Part shown: positions 17,114 through 25,742 of the stretch, in pieces
Position numbering within the stretch: position 1 is the stretch's first letter
Layout of the letters: every line of letters begins with the position of its first letter
From: Clostridia bacterium
GTDB lineage: Bacteria; Bacillota; Sulfobacillia; RBS10-35; JAJYVM01
Assembly: GCA_027314765.1 (NCBI GenBank)
Contig: DAHVAF010000003.1
Coordinates: 1 to 50,219, forward strand
Direction of reading: 5' to 3'
DNA length: 50,219 nt
The notes under the pieces: model-generated
Database searches by the model: none
Told to the model about the DNA's origin: nothing
The model's input: only the letters and a program-made list of their open reading frames with translations
Made by a program: the position numbers and the translations under genes

Positions 17114-17908
17114 CTACCAGTCGAAGGTCGAGGCGAACGCGGACAGGATGCGCCGCGTGCCCGAGACGAAGACCAGCAGCACGGGGACGATGACGATGGC
17201 CGTGGCGGCCGCCAGCAGGTTCCACTGCAGGCCCGACTCGCTCGCCTCGGCGACGGTGGCCAGGCCAACCACGATGGGCCGGGCCGAGGCCGTGTTCGTG
17301 ACGATCAGGGGCCAGAGGAAGTCCGTCCAGTGGTAGGTGACGGAGATCACGGCGAAGGCCAGGGCGGCGGGCACGGCGCGCGGCAGGTACACGCGCAGGA
17401 ACACGCCCACCGTGTCGTAACCGTCCAGGCGGGCCGCCTCCTCCAGCTCCCGCGGCACGGAGCGGAAGGCCTGGCGGAAGGAGAGGACGGCGATCCCCGA
17501 CACCAGATACGGCACCATGATCCCGAGCTTGGTGTTCAGCAGGTGCAGGCCCTGGACGATTTCGTACTCCTGGATCAGGATCGCGTACACCGGCACCACG
17601 ATCTGCAGCAGGAAGAGGCCCGTGATCAGGGCCTTGCCGGGGAACTCGTAGCGGGCGAGCACGAAGCCGACCACGGCGCCGAAGACCGTCTGCACGATCA
17701 GCAGCCCGCCGACGATCAGCACGGTGTTGATCGCGTACTGGCCAAACGGCGCGGATTGCAGCGCCCCGGCCAGGTTGCCGAGGGTGAGGCCGCCGGTCCT
17801 CGGCGATATGAAGGTCGCATACAGCACCCAGAGGGTCGGAAAGCCCCAGATCACGGCCACCAGGCCGAGCGCGACGGTGGCCAGGGGATTGCGGCGACTC
17901 ACTGCCAA
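17114..17908 (-). CDS. Carbohydrate ABC transporter permease (MalG-like)
   Basis: 264 aa with EAA loop ELEEAARLDGYDTVGVFLRVYLP. Its stop is only 3 nt from the convergent ugpE stop. Confidence 0.85.
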   Translation of the reverse strand: MAVSRRNPLATVALGLVAVIWGFPTLWVLYATFISPRTGGLTLGNLAGALQSAPFGQYAINTVLIVGGLLIVQTVFGAVVGFVLARYEFPGKALITGLFLLQIVVPVYAILIQEYEIVQGLHLLNTKLGIMVPYLVSGIAVLSFRQAFRSVPRELEEAARLDGYDTVGVFLRVYLPRAVPAALAFAVISVTYHWTDFLWPLIVTNTASARPIVVGLATVAEASESGLQWNLLAAATAIVIVPVLLVFVSGTRRILSAFASTFDW

Positions 17909-18846
17909 TGGAAGGCCCTCCGCTCAAGCCCGATCAGGGAGAGGCCCGAGAGGGTGGACAGGCTCCCCATCAGCAACGCCGAGAGGGCGGCCGCCGGCCC
18001 CCAGGAGAAGTAGTTGAAGCCCAGCTGGTAGAGGTAGAACATCACGAGGGTCGTGCCGTTGTTCGGCCCGCCCTGGGTCATCACGTACACCGGGTCGATC
18101 GTCTCCACCGAATAGAGCAGGGCCATCGTCGTCACAAAGGCCATCATGGGGGCCAGCATGGGCAGCACGACGCGCCGGAACGCGTACCAGCCCGTGGGGT
18201 CCTCCGTGCGGAGCGCCTCGCGCACGCTCTGGGGAATGGCCTGCAGCCCGGCCATGATGAACAGGGCGAAATACGGCGCGAACTTCCAGACAAAGAGGGC
18301 GACCAGCACGCCGAGGGCGCTGCCGGGCTCGCCCAGCAGGTTCGTGCCGTGCAGGCCGAGCGCGCTGAGCAGCTGGCCGAAGAGGCCGATGCGCGGGGCC
18401 AGGAAGTAGAGCCAGATGTTGGCGGCGGCGATCATCGGCATGACCGTGGGCGAGAAGATGGAGACCAGCAGCGGGCGGGAGGCGCCCGCCCGTGACGACA
18501 GCAGCTGGGCCAGCACGAATGCCACCGCGACGCAGAGCACGACCGCGGCGACCGCGTAGGTGAGCGTATTCTGCAGCGAGATGATGAAGACCGGCTGGGC
18601 GAAGAGCGACCGGTAATTCAGAAGGCCCGCGAACCCCGTGACCTGGCCGCGGGGGCCGAGCTGATCGAAGCTCTTCACGGCCGTCTCCACGATGGGGATG
18701 GCCACAAAGGCGATGACGAGCGCGGCCGGCAGCGCCATCACGGCGTACGGGCCGACGCTGGCCAGGCGCCGCGGAGCCCGGGGGGCCGGCACGGCCGGCT
18801 CCCCGGGCAGGGACTTCCGCTCTGGCGCCGCGGCGGTCCTGGACAT
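17899..18846 (-). CDS. Carbohydrate ABC transporter permease (MalF-like)
   Basis: 315 aa, multi-TM, with a binding-protein-dependent transport inner-membrane signature (REALRTEDPTGWYAFRRVVLPMLAP). It overlaps the next permease by 10 nt. Confidence 0.85.
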   Translation of the reverse strand: MSRTAAAPERKSLPGEPAVPAPRAPRRLASVGPYAVMALPAALVIAFVAIPIVETAVKSFDQLGPRGQVTGFAGLLNYRSLFAQPVFIISLQNTLTYAVAAVVLCVAVAFVLAQLLSSRAGASRPLLVSIFSPTVMPMIAAANIWLYFLAPRIGLFGQLLSALGLHGTNLLGEPGSALGVLVALFVWKFAPYFALFIMAGLQAIPQSVREALRTEDPTGWYAFRRVVLPMLAPMMAFVTTMALLYSVETIDPVYVMTQGGPNNGTTLVMFYLYQLGFNYFSWGPAAALSALLMGSLSTLSGLSLIGLERRAFHWQ

Positions 18847-18849
18847 CGG

Positions 18850-20199
18850 CTACTGCGTCTTGTACGGGGCCAGGATCGACTGCGCCTGCTGCTGGGCCTT
18901 GTCGAGGGCGGCCTTGATCGTCGACTGCCCGTCCAGCACCGACTGCACCGCGCTGTCGAAGGTGTCCTGGATCTGGTTCAGCTGATAGGTCGAGAGCTCC
19001 GGCTCCGCGTACTGCAGCTGCGCCGGCGCCACCAGCGCCTGCGGGTACTTCTTCGTGTAGGCGACCATGGCCGGCACCTGGTAGTCCGCGGGCGAGACGG
19101 CGACGTAGCCGGTCTGCATGCTCCAGCTGGCCGCCTGGTCCGGGGCCGTCATCCACTTGATGAAGGTGATGGCCGCCTGCTGCACGGCGGGGGAGATGCC
19201 CTTCATGAGGTAGAAGTCGCCGCCGCCCAGGTTGGTGACGTCCGTGGCCGTGCCCTTGGGCATGAAGGCGACCCCGACCTGGAACTTCGAGTTCTGCAGG
19301 ATCGAGGCGAGGCTGCCGCTGCTGTGGACGATCATGGCCGTCTTGCCGGCCTCGAAGTCGTTCGGGACCGTGTTCCAGGGCAGGATGCCGACCGGCTCCA
19401 CCTTGTACTTGTGCGAGAGGTCCATCCAGAACTGCAGGCCCGCCTGGACGGCCGGCGAGTTGAAGTAGGTGGTGGTGCCGTTGCTGCCGGCAAGGTTGCT
19501 GCCCTGGTCAATCGCGAAGGGCTGGAACTCCCAGTAGACGGTTCCGTCCGAGGGGATCTCGATGCCGGTCACGCCCGTCTTCTGCTGGATGGCCTGGGCG
19601 TCGGAGACCAGCTGGCTGAGGGTCGCCGGCCCGTGGCTCGGGTCCAGCCCCGCCTTCTGGAACAGGTCCTTGTTGTAATAGAGGACGACGGTGGAGCGCT
19701 GGAAGGGCGCGCTCCAGTAGTGGCCCTGCACCTCGGGCTTCAGCATCGCCGGGTAGAAGTTGCCCGCCTGCACGATGCTGTCGAGCGGCTGGATCGCCTG
19801 CAGATGGAGCAGGTCGAACACGGCGGTGTGGTTGAGCACCGCCACCGGCGGCGGGTTGCCGGCCTGGATGCCCGTCTCGACCTTGGCCAGCGTCTGCTGG
19901 TAGCTGCCGGCGAACACCGGTGTGACCTTGATGCCGGGGTGGGTGCTGTTGAACTGGTTGACGAGGTTCGTCATGATCGTCGCCAGGGGGCCCGAGACAC
20001 CGACCGGATAGTCGAAGTCGAAGGCCACGGGCTGCGACGACGGCTGCGCGCTGCTGCTGGTGCCGGAACCGGAGCCGCTGCCGGCGCTGGAGCTCGCGCT
20101 GCCCGTCGACGCGGGCGCCGCGGCACCGCCGCAGCCGGCGACCAGGAGCGCCAGCGCGCCGACGGCGGCCAGTACGGAGCGCATCCCAATGGGCCGCAA
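18850..20199 (-). CDS. Extracellular solute-binding lipoprotein, family 1 (sugar ABC)
   Basis: Lipobox ALALLVAGCGG, a Ser/Gly linker, then an SBP_bac_1-like body. I prefer TTG 20199, 6 nt after AGGGGAGGGGA. ATG 20184 and the track start 20241 are alternatives. Confidence 0.8.
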   Translation of the reverse strand: MRPIGMRSVLAAVGALALLVAGCGGAAAPASTGSASSSAGSGSGSGTSSSAQPSSQPVAFDFDYPVGVSGPLATIMTNLVNQFNSTHPGIKVTPVFAGSYQQTLAKVETGIQAGNPPPVAVLNHTAVFDLLHLQAIQPLDSIVQAGNFYPAMLKPEVQGHYWSAPFQRSTVVLYYNKDLFQKAGLDPSHGPATLSQLVSDAQAIQQKTGVTGIEIPSDGTVYWEFQPFAIDQGSNLAGSNGTTTYFNSPAVQAGLQFWMDLSHKYKVEPVGILPWNTVPNDFEAGKTAMIVHSSGSLASILQNSKFQVGVAFMPKGTATDVTNLGGGDFYLMKGISPAVQQAAITFIKWMTAPDQAASWSMQTGYVAVSPADYQVPAMVAYTKKYPQALVAPAQLQYAEPELSTYQLNQIQDTFDSAVQSVLDGQSTIKAALDKAQQQAQSILAPYKTQ

Positions 20200-20227
20200 G
20201 GCCGATCCCCTCCCCTGATGATCCGTT

Positions 20228-21352
<1,125 letters not shown>

Positions 21353-21377
21353 GAAACGCCCCCCACGCGGGCTGCAT

Positions 21378-21393
21378 ACGGTTGCGCAACAGT
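21378..21393. promoter_or_regulatory. 16-bp palindrome ACGGTTGCGCAACAGT (1 mismatch), operator candidate upstream of the sugar ABC operon
   Basis: Located 26-41 nt upstream of the ATPase start (21352, minus strand), in the 98-nt spacer after the cytochrome b stop. Confidence 0.35.
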
Positions 21394-21450
21394 TTCGACG
21401 GGGGGTGGGGCGATCCTCCAGCGGGCGGTGAAGGAACGGTGAAGGCTCGG

Positions 21451-23061
21451 TTAGGGCTTGGCCCCGCCCTGGATCCAGTTCTTGACCGTCTGGATGTCGG
21501 TGGCGGGAAGCGGCTGCTGGCCCAGGGGCATGGGCGGGACGCCGTTCGGCGCGCGGCCCTCCAGGGCCTGCACCAGCAGGCTGCCGGCCGGGTCGCCGGG
21601 CTTGATGACGGCCCCGCTCCGACCGCCCTTCATGACCCCCGCGTAGCTGGTCAGGCTGAGGCCGCCGCTCGGCGCCGCCGCCCCGTGGCAGGTGGTGCAG
21701 TTGGCGCTGAAGATCGGCGCGATGTCGGCGGCGAACGTGGGGTTTTTGACCACGGTCGCGGTGCCGGACACGCCCCGGCTGCCGCGCCAGCCCATGTAGG
21801 TCAGGCCGACCGCGGCGATCACCACCAGGGTCGCCGCGCCGATGGCGAAGGGCCGGCGCCGCGCCGCGCGGGCGGGGCCGCGGTCGGCGAACGGCAGCCC
21901 GATCAGCACCACGGCGGCGAGCAGCGGCAGCCCGACCATGCCGAGGCCATCCAGCCGCCCGGGCAGGAACTTCAGGAACTGGTACACGCCGTAGAAGTAC
22001 CAGGCGGGCACGGGGCGGTAGTGGGCGCGGTTCAGGGGGTCGGCGGCGGCCAGCAGCGGCACGCGCACGAAGATGGCCAAGGCCCCGAGGATCGCCACGA
22101 CCACGGCGACGGCCACCGTCATCTGGGCCGGGGTGTAGGGCCAGAACGGGCGGTAGGGGCCGTGCGGGAAGTCGGCCGTGTCGCCCTTGCGGTGGGCCGC
22201 GCGGTAGCCCTTGGGCAGGCGGGTCTCGACCTCGGTCTGGCCGTGGGTCAGCACCAGGGCGAAGTGGGCGGCGAAGATCAGCAGCAGCAGGCCGGGCAGC
22301 ACCAGCACGTGCAGGGCGTAAAAGCGCGTCAGGGTGGCGCCGGTGATGTCGGTGCCGCCGCGCAGCAGGTGCAGGATTCCCCCGCCCACGACCGGTGCGT
22401 AGGCGGCCATGGCCGTGCCGACGACCGTCGCCCAGTACGCCTGCTGGTCCCACGGCAGCAGGTAGCCCGTGAACGCGAAGCCGATGGTGACGCTGAGCAG
22501 CAGCGTGCCGGTCACCCACGTGAATTCGCGCGGCGCCTTATAGGCGCCGATGAAGAACACGCGCAGCAGGTGCAGGACGGCCAGGATGATCAGGGCGTCG
22601 GCGCCCCAGGCATGCAGGCCGCGCAGCAGGGCCCCCGAGGGTGAGGCCATGATGGCCCGCACACTGGGGTACGCCTGGGTCACGGTCGGGCTGTAGGCGG
22701 TGGCGAGCAGCATGCCCGTTACAATCTGGCTGGCGAAGACGAAGGCCGTGAGAAAGCCCAGGTAGTCGAGGGGGCTCGTGCGCATCGGGACCGGGTGGTG
22801 GAGGAACTCGCGCGCGTCGTCTCCGAGGCCGAGGCGCTCGGCGAGGTAGCCGACGCGCGGCCGCGCCGGGGGCCTTCCGCCGTGGACGCCATCTCCGCCT
22901 GGGGCGCGCAGGGGCAGCGGGCGCTCGGGGACGGCGATCGAGGTGGAACCGTTGGCGGCGCCGCGGGCGGGTGGCCGGGCGTGGCCGTCCCTCCCGGCCG
23001 TCGCGCCGCTACCTGGCCGCTCCGAGGGCGCGCGCGAGCCGCGCGCCCCACGATCGCTCAT
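21451..23061 (-). CDS. Fused cytochrome b6-like / subunit IV-like / mono-haem cytochrome c subunit of a Rieske-cytochrome b complex
   Basis: The C-terminal 536 aa of read-through ORF 21451..24975. Cyt b motifs: IVTGMLLATAYSP, LHAWGADALIILAVLHLLRVFF, FTGYLLPWDQQAYWA, RFYALHVLVLPGLLL. Qo-loop motif PVPAWYFYG. The C-terminal domain carries CTTCH. ATG 23061 lies 11 nt after the Rieske stop. Confidence 0.85.
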   Translation of the reverse strand: MSDRGARGSRAPSERPGSGATAGRDGHARPPARGAANGSTSIAVPERPLPLRAPGGDGVHGGRPPARPRVGYLAERLGLGDDAREFLHHPVPMRTSPLDYLGFLTAFVFASQIVTGMLLATAYSPTVTQAYPSVRAIMASPSGALLRGLHAWGADALIILAVLHLLRVFFIGAYKAPREFTWVTGTLLLSVTIGFAFTGYLLPWDQQAYWATVVGTAMAAYAPVVGGGILHLLRGGTDITGATLTRFYALHVLVLPGLLLLIFAAHFALVLTHGQTEVETRLPKGYRAAHRKGDTADFPHGPYRPFWPYTPAQMTVAVAVVVAILGALAIFVRVPLLAAADPLNRAHYRPVPAWYFYGVYQFLKFLPGRLDGLGMVGLPLLAAVVLIGLPFADRGPARAARRRPFAIGAATLVVIAAVGLTYMGWRGSRGVSGTATVVKNPTFAADIAPIFSANCTTCHGAAAPSGGLSLTSYAGVMKGGRSGAVIKPGDPAGSLLVQALEGRAPNGVPPMPLGQQPLPATDIQTVKNWIQGGAKP

Positions 23062-23072
23062 TCCGTCCTTGC

Positions 23073-23504
23073 TCACGAGACGATGCCGCCGATCCGCACG
23101 CGGCCGTTCTGGATGACCAGGCGGTGGCGGTGCAGCGGGCGCGGGGCCGGGCCGCCCAGCACGCGGCCGTCCTCGGCGAAGGTGGAACCGTGGCAGGGGC
23201 AGGCGAACTCCGTGCCGGCCCACTGGATCGGGCACTGCAGGTGCGTGCAGTGGAAGTCGAAGGCGACAAGGCCCGTGGGCAGCGGGGCGATGTACACGCC
23301 GTCCTCCACGCCGCCGCCCGTGTACGTGACCAGCTTCGGTGGCGAGCCGGACGGGAAGTCCGTGACGGCGCCGACGTCCTGCAGCGGCTCGGCGGCGGAT
23401 GGCCGCGGCGTGAGAAACAGCGAGGCGACCGCCGCGTAGCCGGCGAGCATCACGGCCCAGATGCCGGCCGCCATCCAGAGCAGGAAGCGGCGCCGGGTTG
23501 GCAC
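23073..23504 (-). CDS. Rieske [2Fe-2S] subunit with twin-arginine signal
   Basis: TRRRFLLWMAAG (Tat-like), CTHLQC...CPCHGS cluster-binding boxes. I prefer GTG 23504 (MPTRRRF). The track start TTG 23555 directly abuts the upstream stop. Confidence 0.85.
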   Translation of the reverse strand: MPTRRRFLLWMAAGIWAVMLAGYAAVASLFLTPRPSAAEPLQDVGAVTDFPSGSPPKLVTYTGGGVEDGVYIAPLPTGLVAFDFHCTHLQCPIQWAGTEFACPCHGSTFAEDGRVLGGPAPRPLHRHRLVIQNGRVRIGGIVS

Positions 23505-23555
23505 GGGCGGCGGAGACCTCCCGCGGGAGAGTATTCCGCGCGCGGGGGTCCGCAA

Positions 23556-24053
23556 TCAGATCTGGACGGTCTCGGTGCCCCGGCCGCGGCGCTGGCGCCG
23601 GGGCGTGGTGGCGGGCGGGACGCTCGGCGCGGGCGCGTAGCCCCCGTCGATGGGCACAAACAGCCCCATGATGCCGATGACCATCATCGTGCCGGAGCGT
23701 AGCCGCGTCTGGAACACGGTGCAGACGCCGTAGCTCTCGGCGACGGTGGCGCGCTCGACGGCCACGTAGGCGGCCTCGCGCACGGGGACGAAGCTGGCGG
23801 CGGGGACAAGCCGCGGCGCCGCCCACGCGATGTAGGCGGCGGGCGAGGGGTTGGTGGCGGCCAGCAGCAGGATGAGGGCGATGATCAGCAGGGGCAGCGC
23901 GGACCCGCGGAGGCGGCTGGCGGAAGGCGGGGCGGCGGGCGGGACCTCGGACGGCGGTGGGAAGCCGCCGGCCGGCAGGGGGCGGCCACAGCGGCGGCAG
24001 AAGCGGTCGCCCGCCTGGGCCGGGGCGCCGCACGCCGGGCAGTCCACCACCAT
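23556..24053 (-). CDS. Zinc-ribbon / single-TM / DUF4359-like membrane protein (paralog 1)
   Basis: MVVDCPACGAPAQAGDRFCRRCG (CxxC..CxxC), a Pro-rich linker, TM LPLLIIALILLLAA, then TNPSPAAYIAWAA...CTVFQTRLR. Confidence 0.65.
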   Translation of the reverse strand: MVVDCPACGAPAQAGDRFCRRCGRPLPAGGFPPPSEVPPAAPPSASRLRGSALPLLIIALILLLAATNPSPAAYIAWAAPRLVPAASFVPVREAAYVAVERATVAESYGVCTVFQTRLRSGTMMVIGIMGLFVPIDGGYAPAPSVPPATTPRRQRRGRGTETVQI

Positions 24054-24116
24054 GCCTCCCTCGCCTGGCCAACGGGGCGCCGTGGATCCAGGATACGCGG
24101 CTGTGGCCGGCCGCGC

Positions 24117-24527
24117 TCAGCGGACGGGGCTGGTCCCGAGCGGGATGAACCGGTCCAGGATGCCGAGCGTGTCCACGCGCACGCCGCGCACCCTCGTATC
24201 GAAGATCGTGAAGAACAGGTCGTCCTTTGCGATGGTGCCGCGGGCGATGGCGGCGGCGAGGTTGGGCTGGGGGCCCTCCGCCCGCGGGCCGAGCGCGCCG
24301 GCCGCCACCTGGCTGGCGAGCCACCCTGCGTAGGCCTGCGTCGAGGGGTTGGTGACGATGAGCGCGGCCGCGACGATGGCCAGCGGCACCCAGGTCCAGA
24401 GGATGGGCCGCCAGCCCCGGCGGGCGGGGTCGCCCAGCGCCACTTCCGGCAGATGGGCGCCGCACTGCGGGCAGAAGCGGTCGTCGGCGCTCACGGGCTC
24501 CCCACAGCGGCTGCACACGCGTTCCAT
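24117..24527 (-). CDS. Zinc-ribbon / single-TM / DUF4359-like membrane protein (paralog 2)
   Basis: The last 136 aa of read-through ORF 24117..26765: MERVCSRCGEPVSADDRFCPQCG, TM WVPLAIVAAALIV, TNPSTQAYAGWLA...FFTIFDTRVR. Same architecture as 23556..24053. Confidence 0.65.
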   Translation of the reverse strand: MERVCSRCGEPVSADDRFCPQCGAHLPEVALGDPARRGWRPILWTWVPLAIVAAALIVTNPSTQAYAGWLASQVAAGALGPRAEGPQPNLAAAIARGTIAKDDLFFTIFDTRVRGVRVDTLGILDRFIPLGTSPVR

Positions 24528-24740
24528 GCGCTGACAGAGATATGACGCGGGGAGGCCGCGAACCTGCCGCCGCGCAGGCGGCCATGGCGCCCGCGACGGT
24601 AGGGACCACGTACGGCGTGGGAGAGAGACGCGAGGTCGGGCCGGACCCCGCCGAGCCGGCGCGAAGCCTTGGGTCCGCGCCAGTCGTCTGCCCGGCCCCG
24701 CACAAGGGCCCGCGGACCCGCGTCGCGAACCCCTGCGGCT

Positions 24741-25517
24741 GTGACGACACTCGTCGCCTGCGATCTCGACGGCACCCTGCTCGACGACGCGCGGCGGATC
24801 CCCGCGGCCAACCGGGCCGCCATCGCCGCCGCGCGGGCGCGGGGGCTGCGCTTTGTGATCTGCACCGGCCGGCCGCCACGGGCGGCGGGGGTATACTGGC
24901 GCGAGCTCGGGCTGACCGAGCCCGTCGTGGCGTACAACGGCGCCGTGATCTGGGACATGGCGGCCGGGGCCGCATCCTGGGAGGCGCCCATCGCGCCCGC
25001 GCTCCTGGCGGAGGCGATCGACCTGGCGCGGGCCTGCGTGCCGGCGGCCGTCCTGTCCGTCGAGGCCATGGACCACTGGTGGACCGACCGGATCGTGGCG
25101 CGGCGTCCCGACTCCGGGTTCACCTCGCCACCGGACGGCGAAGGCCCCGTCGAGACGCTGGCGGCCGGCCGCCGGGCCCACAAGCTGCTCTTTCGCGTCA
25201 GCGATCCCACCGAGTGGGCGCGGTTCGCCGCCGCCCTGCCGGGCGCGCTGCAGGCCACCTGCAACCGCGCCGGGCTCGTGGAGGTGCAGTCGGCCCTGGC
25301 GGGCAAGGCCGCCGCCATCAGCCGCCTGGCGCCCGCCGCCGACGTGCTGGCGCTCGGCGATGACACGAACGACCTCGACCTGCTGCGCTGGGCGGGCGAC
25401 TCGGCGGCGCCGCGCAGCGCGACGGATGCGGCCCGGGCGGCGGCCCGGCGGGTCGTGGCCGACCACAACGCCGGCGCCGTGGCGGACGCGCTGCGACACC
25501 TCGGGCTCGCCGGCTGA
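24741..25517 (+). CDS. HAD-superfamily hydrolase, Cof-like (subfamily IIB)
   Basis: VTTLVACDLDGTLLDD (motif I), ICTGRP (motif II), LALGDDTNDLDLL (motif IV). GTG 24741 is chosen because Cof proteins start a few residues before DxDGT. The track start is 24669. Confidence 0.8.
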   Translation: MTTLVACDLDGTLLDDARRIPAANRAAIAAARARGLRFVICTGRPPRAAGVYWRELGLTEPVVAYNGAVIWDMAAGAASWEAPIAPALLAEAIDLARACVPAAVLSVEAMDHWWTDRIVARRPDSGFTSPPDGEGPVETLAAGRRAHKLLFRVSDPTEWARFAAALPGALQATCNRAGLVEVQSALAGKAAAISRLAPAADVLALGDDTNDLDLLRWAGDSAAPRSATDAARAAARRVVADHNAGAVADALRHLGLAG

Positions 25518-25742
25518 GGGAGCCGGCGGCCGAGCCCCGGGCGCCGCCCGGAGGCCTGTCCCTTCGCGCGGACGCACCGCCTCCCCCGCGCGCGGTCCGA
25601 ATGGGCGCCGCTCCAAGCACCTCCGGCCGTGGGCGCCCCCGCCGGCGCACGCCATGAGGGGCTCGGCGACCCGGTGAGTCGGAAGCCGAGCCCGCAGCGG
25701 GCCGCGCGCGCGGACGGGGCGGGGGAAAGCGGGGATCCGGCC

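Noticed and set aside
23505-23555. Longer Rieske N-terminus starting at TTG 23555
   Set aside because: Not excluded. However, the extra 17 residues (MRTPARGILSRGRSPPP) precede the Tat motif without any homology expectation, and GTG 23504 gives the usual M-x-T-R-R-x-F-L start. I keep it as an alternative.
21451-24975. 1174-aa minus-strand ORF as a single giant gene
   Set aside because: Only the last 536 aa (cytochrome b/c fusion) are meaningful. Upstream of ATG 23061 this frame is Arg/Pro junk that overlaps the real Rieske and zinc-ribbon genes in other frames. The ORF is long only because stops are rare.
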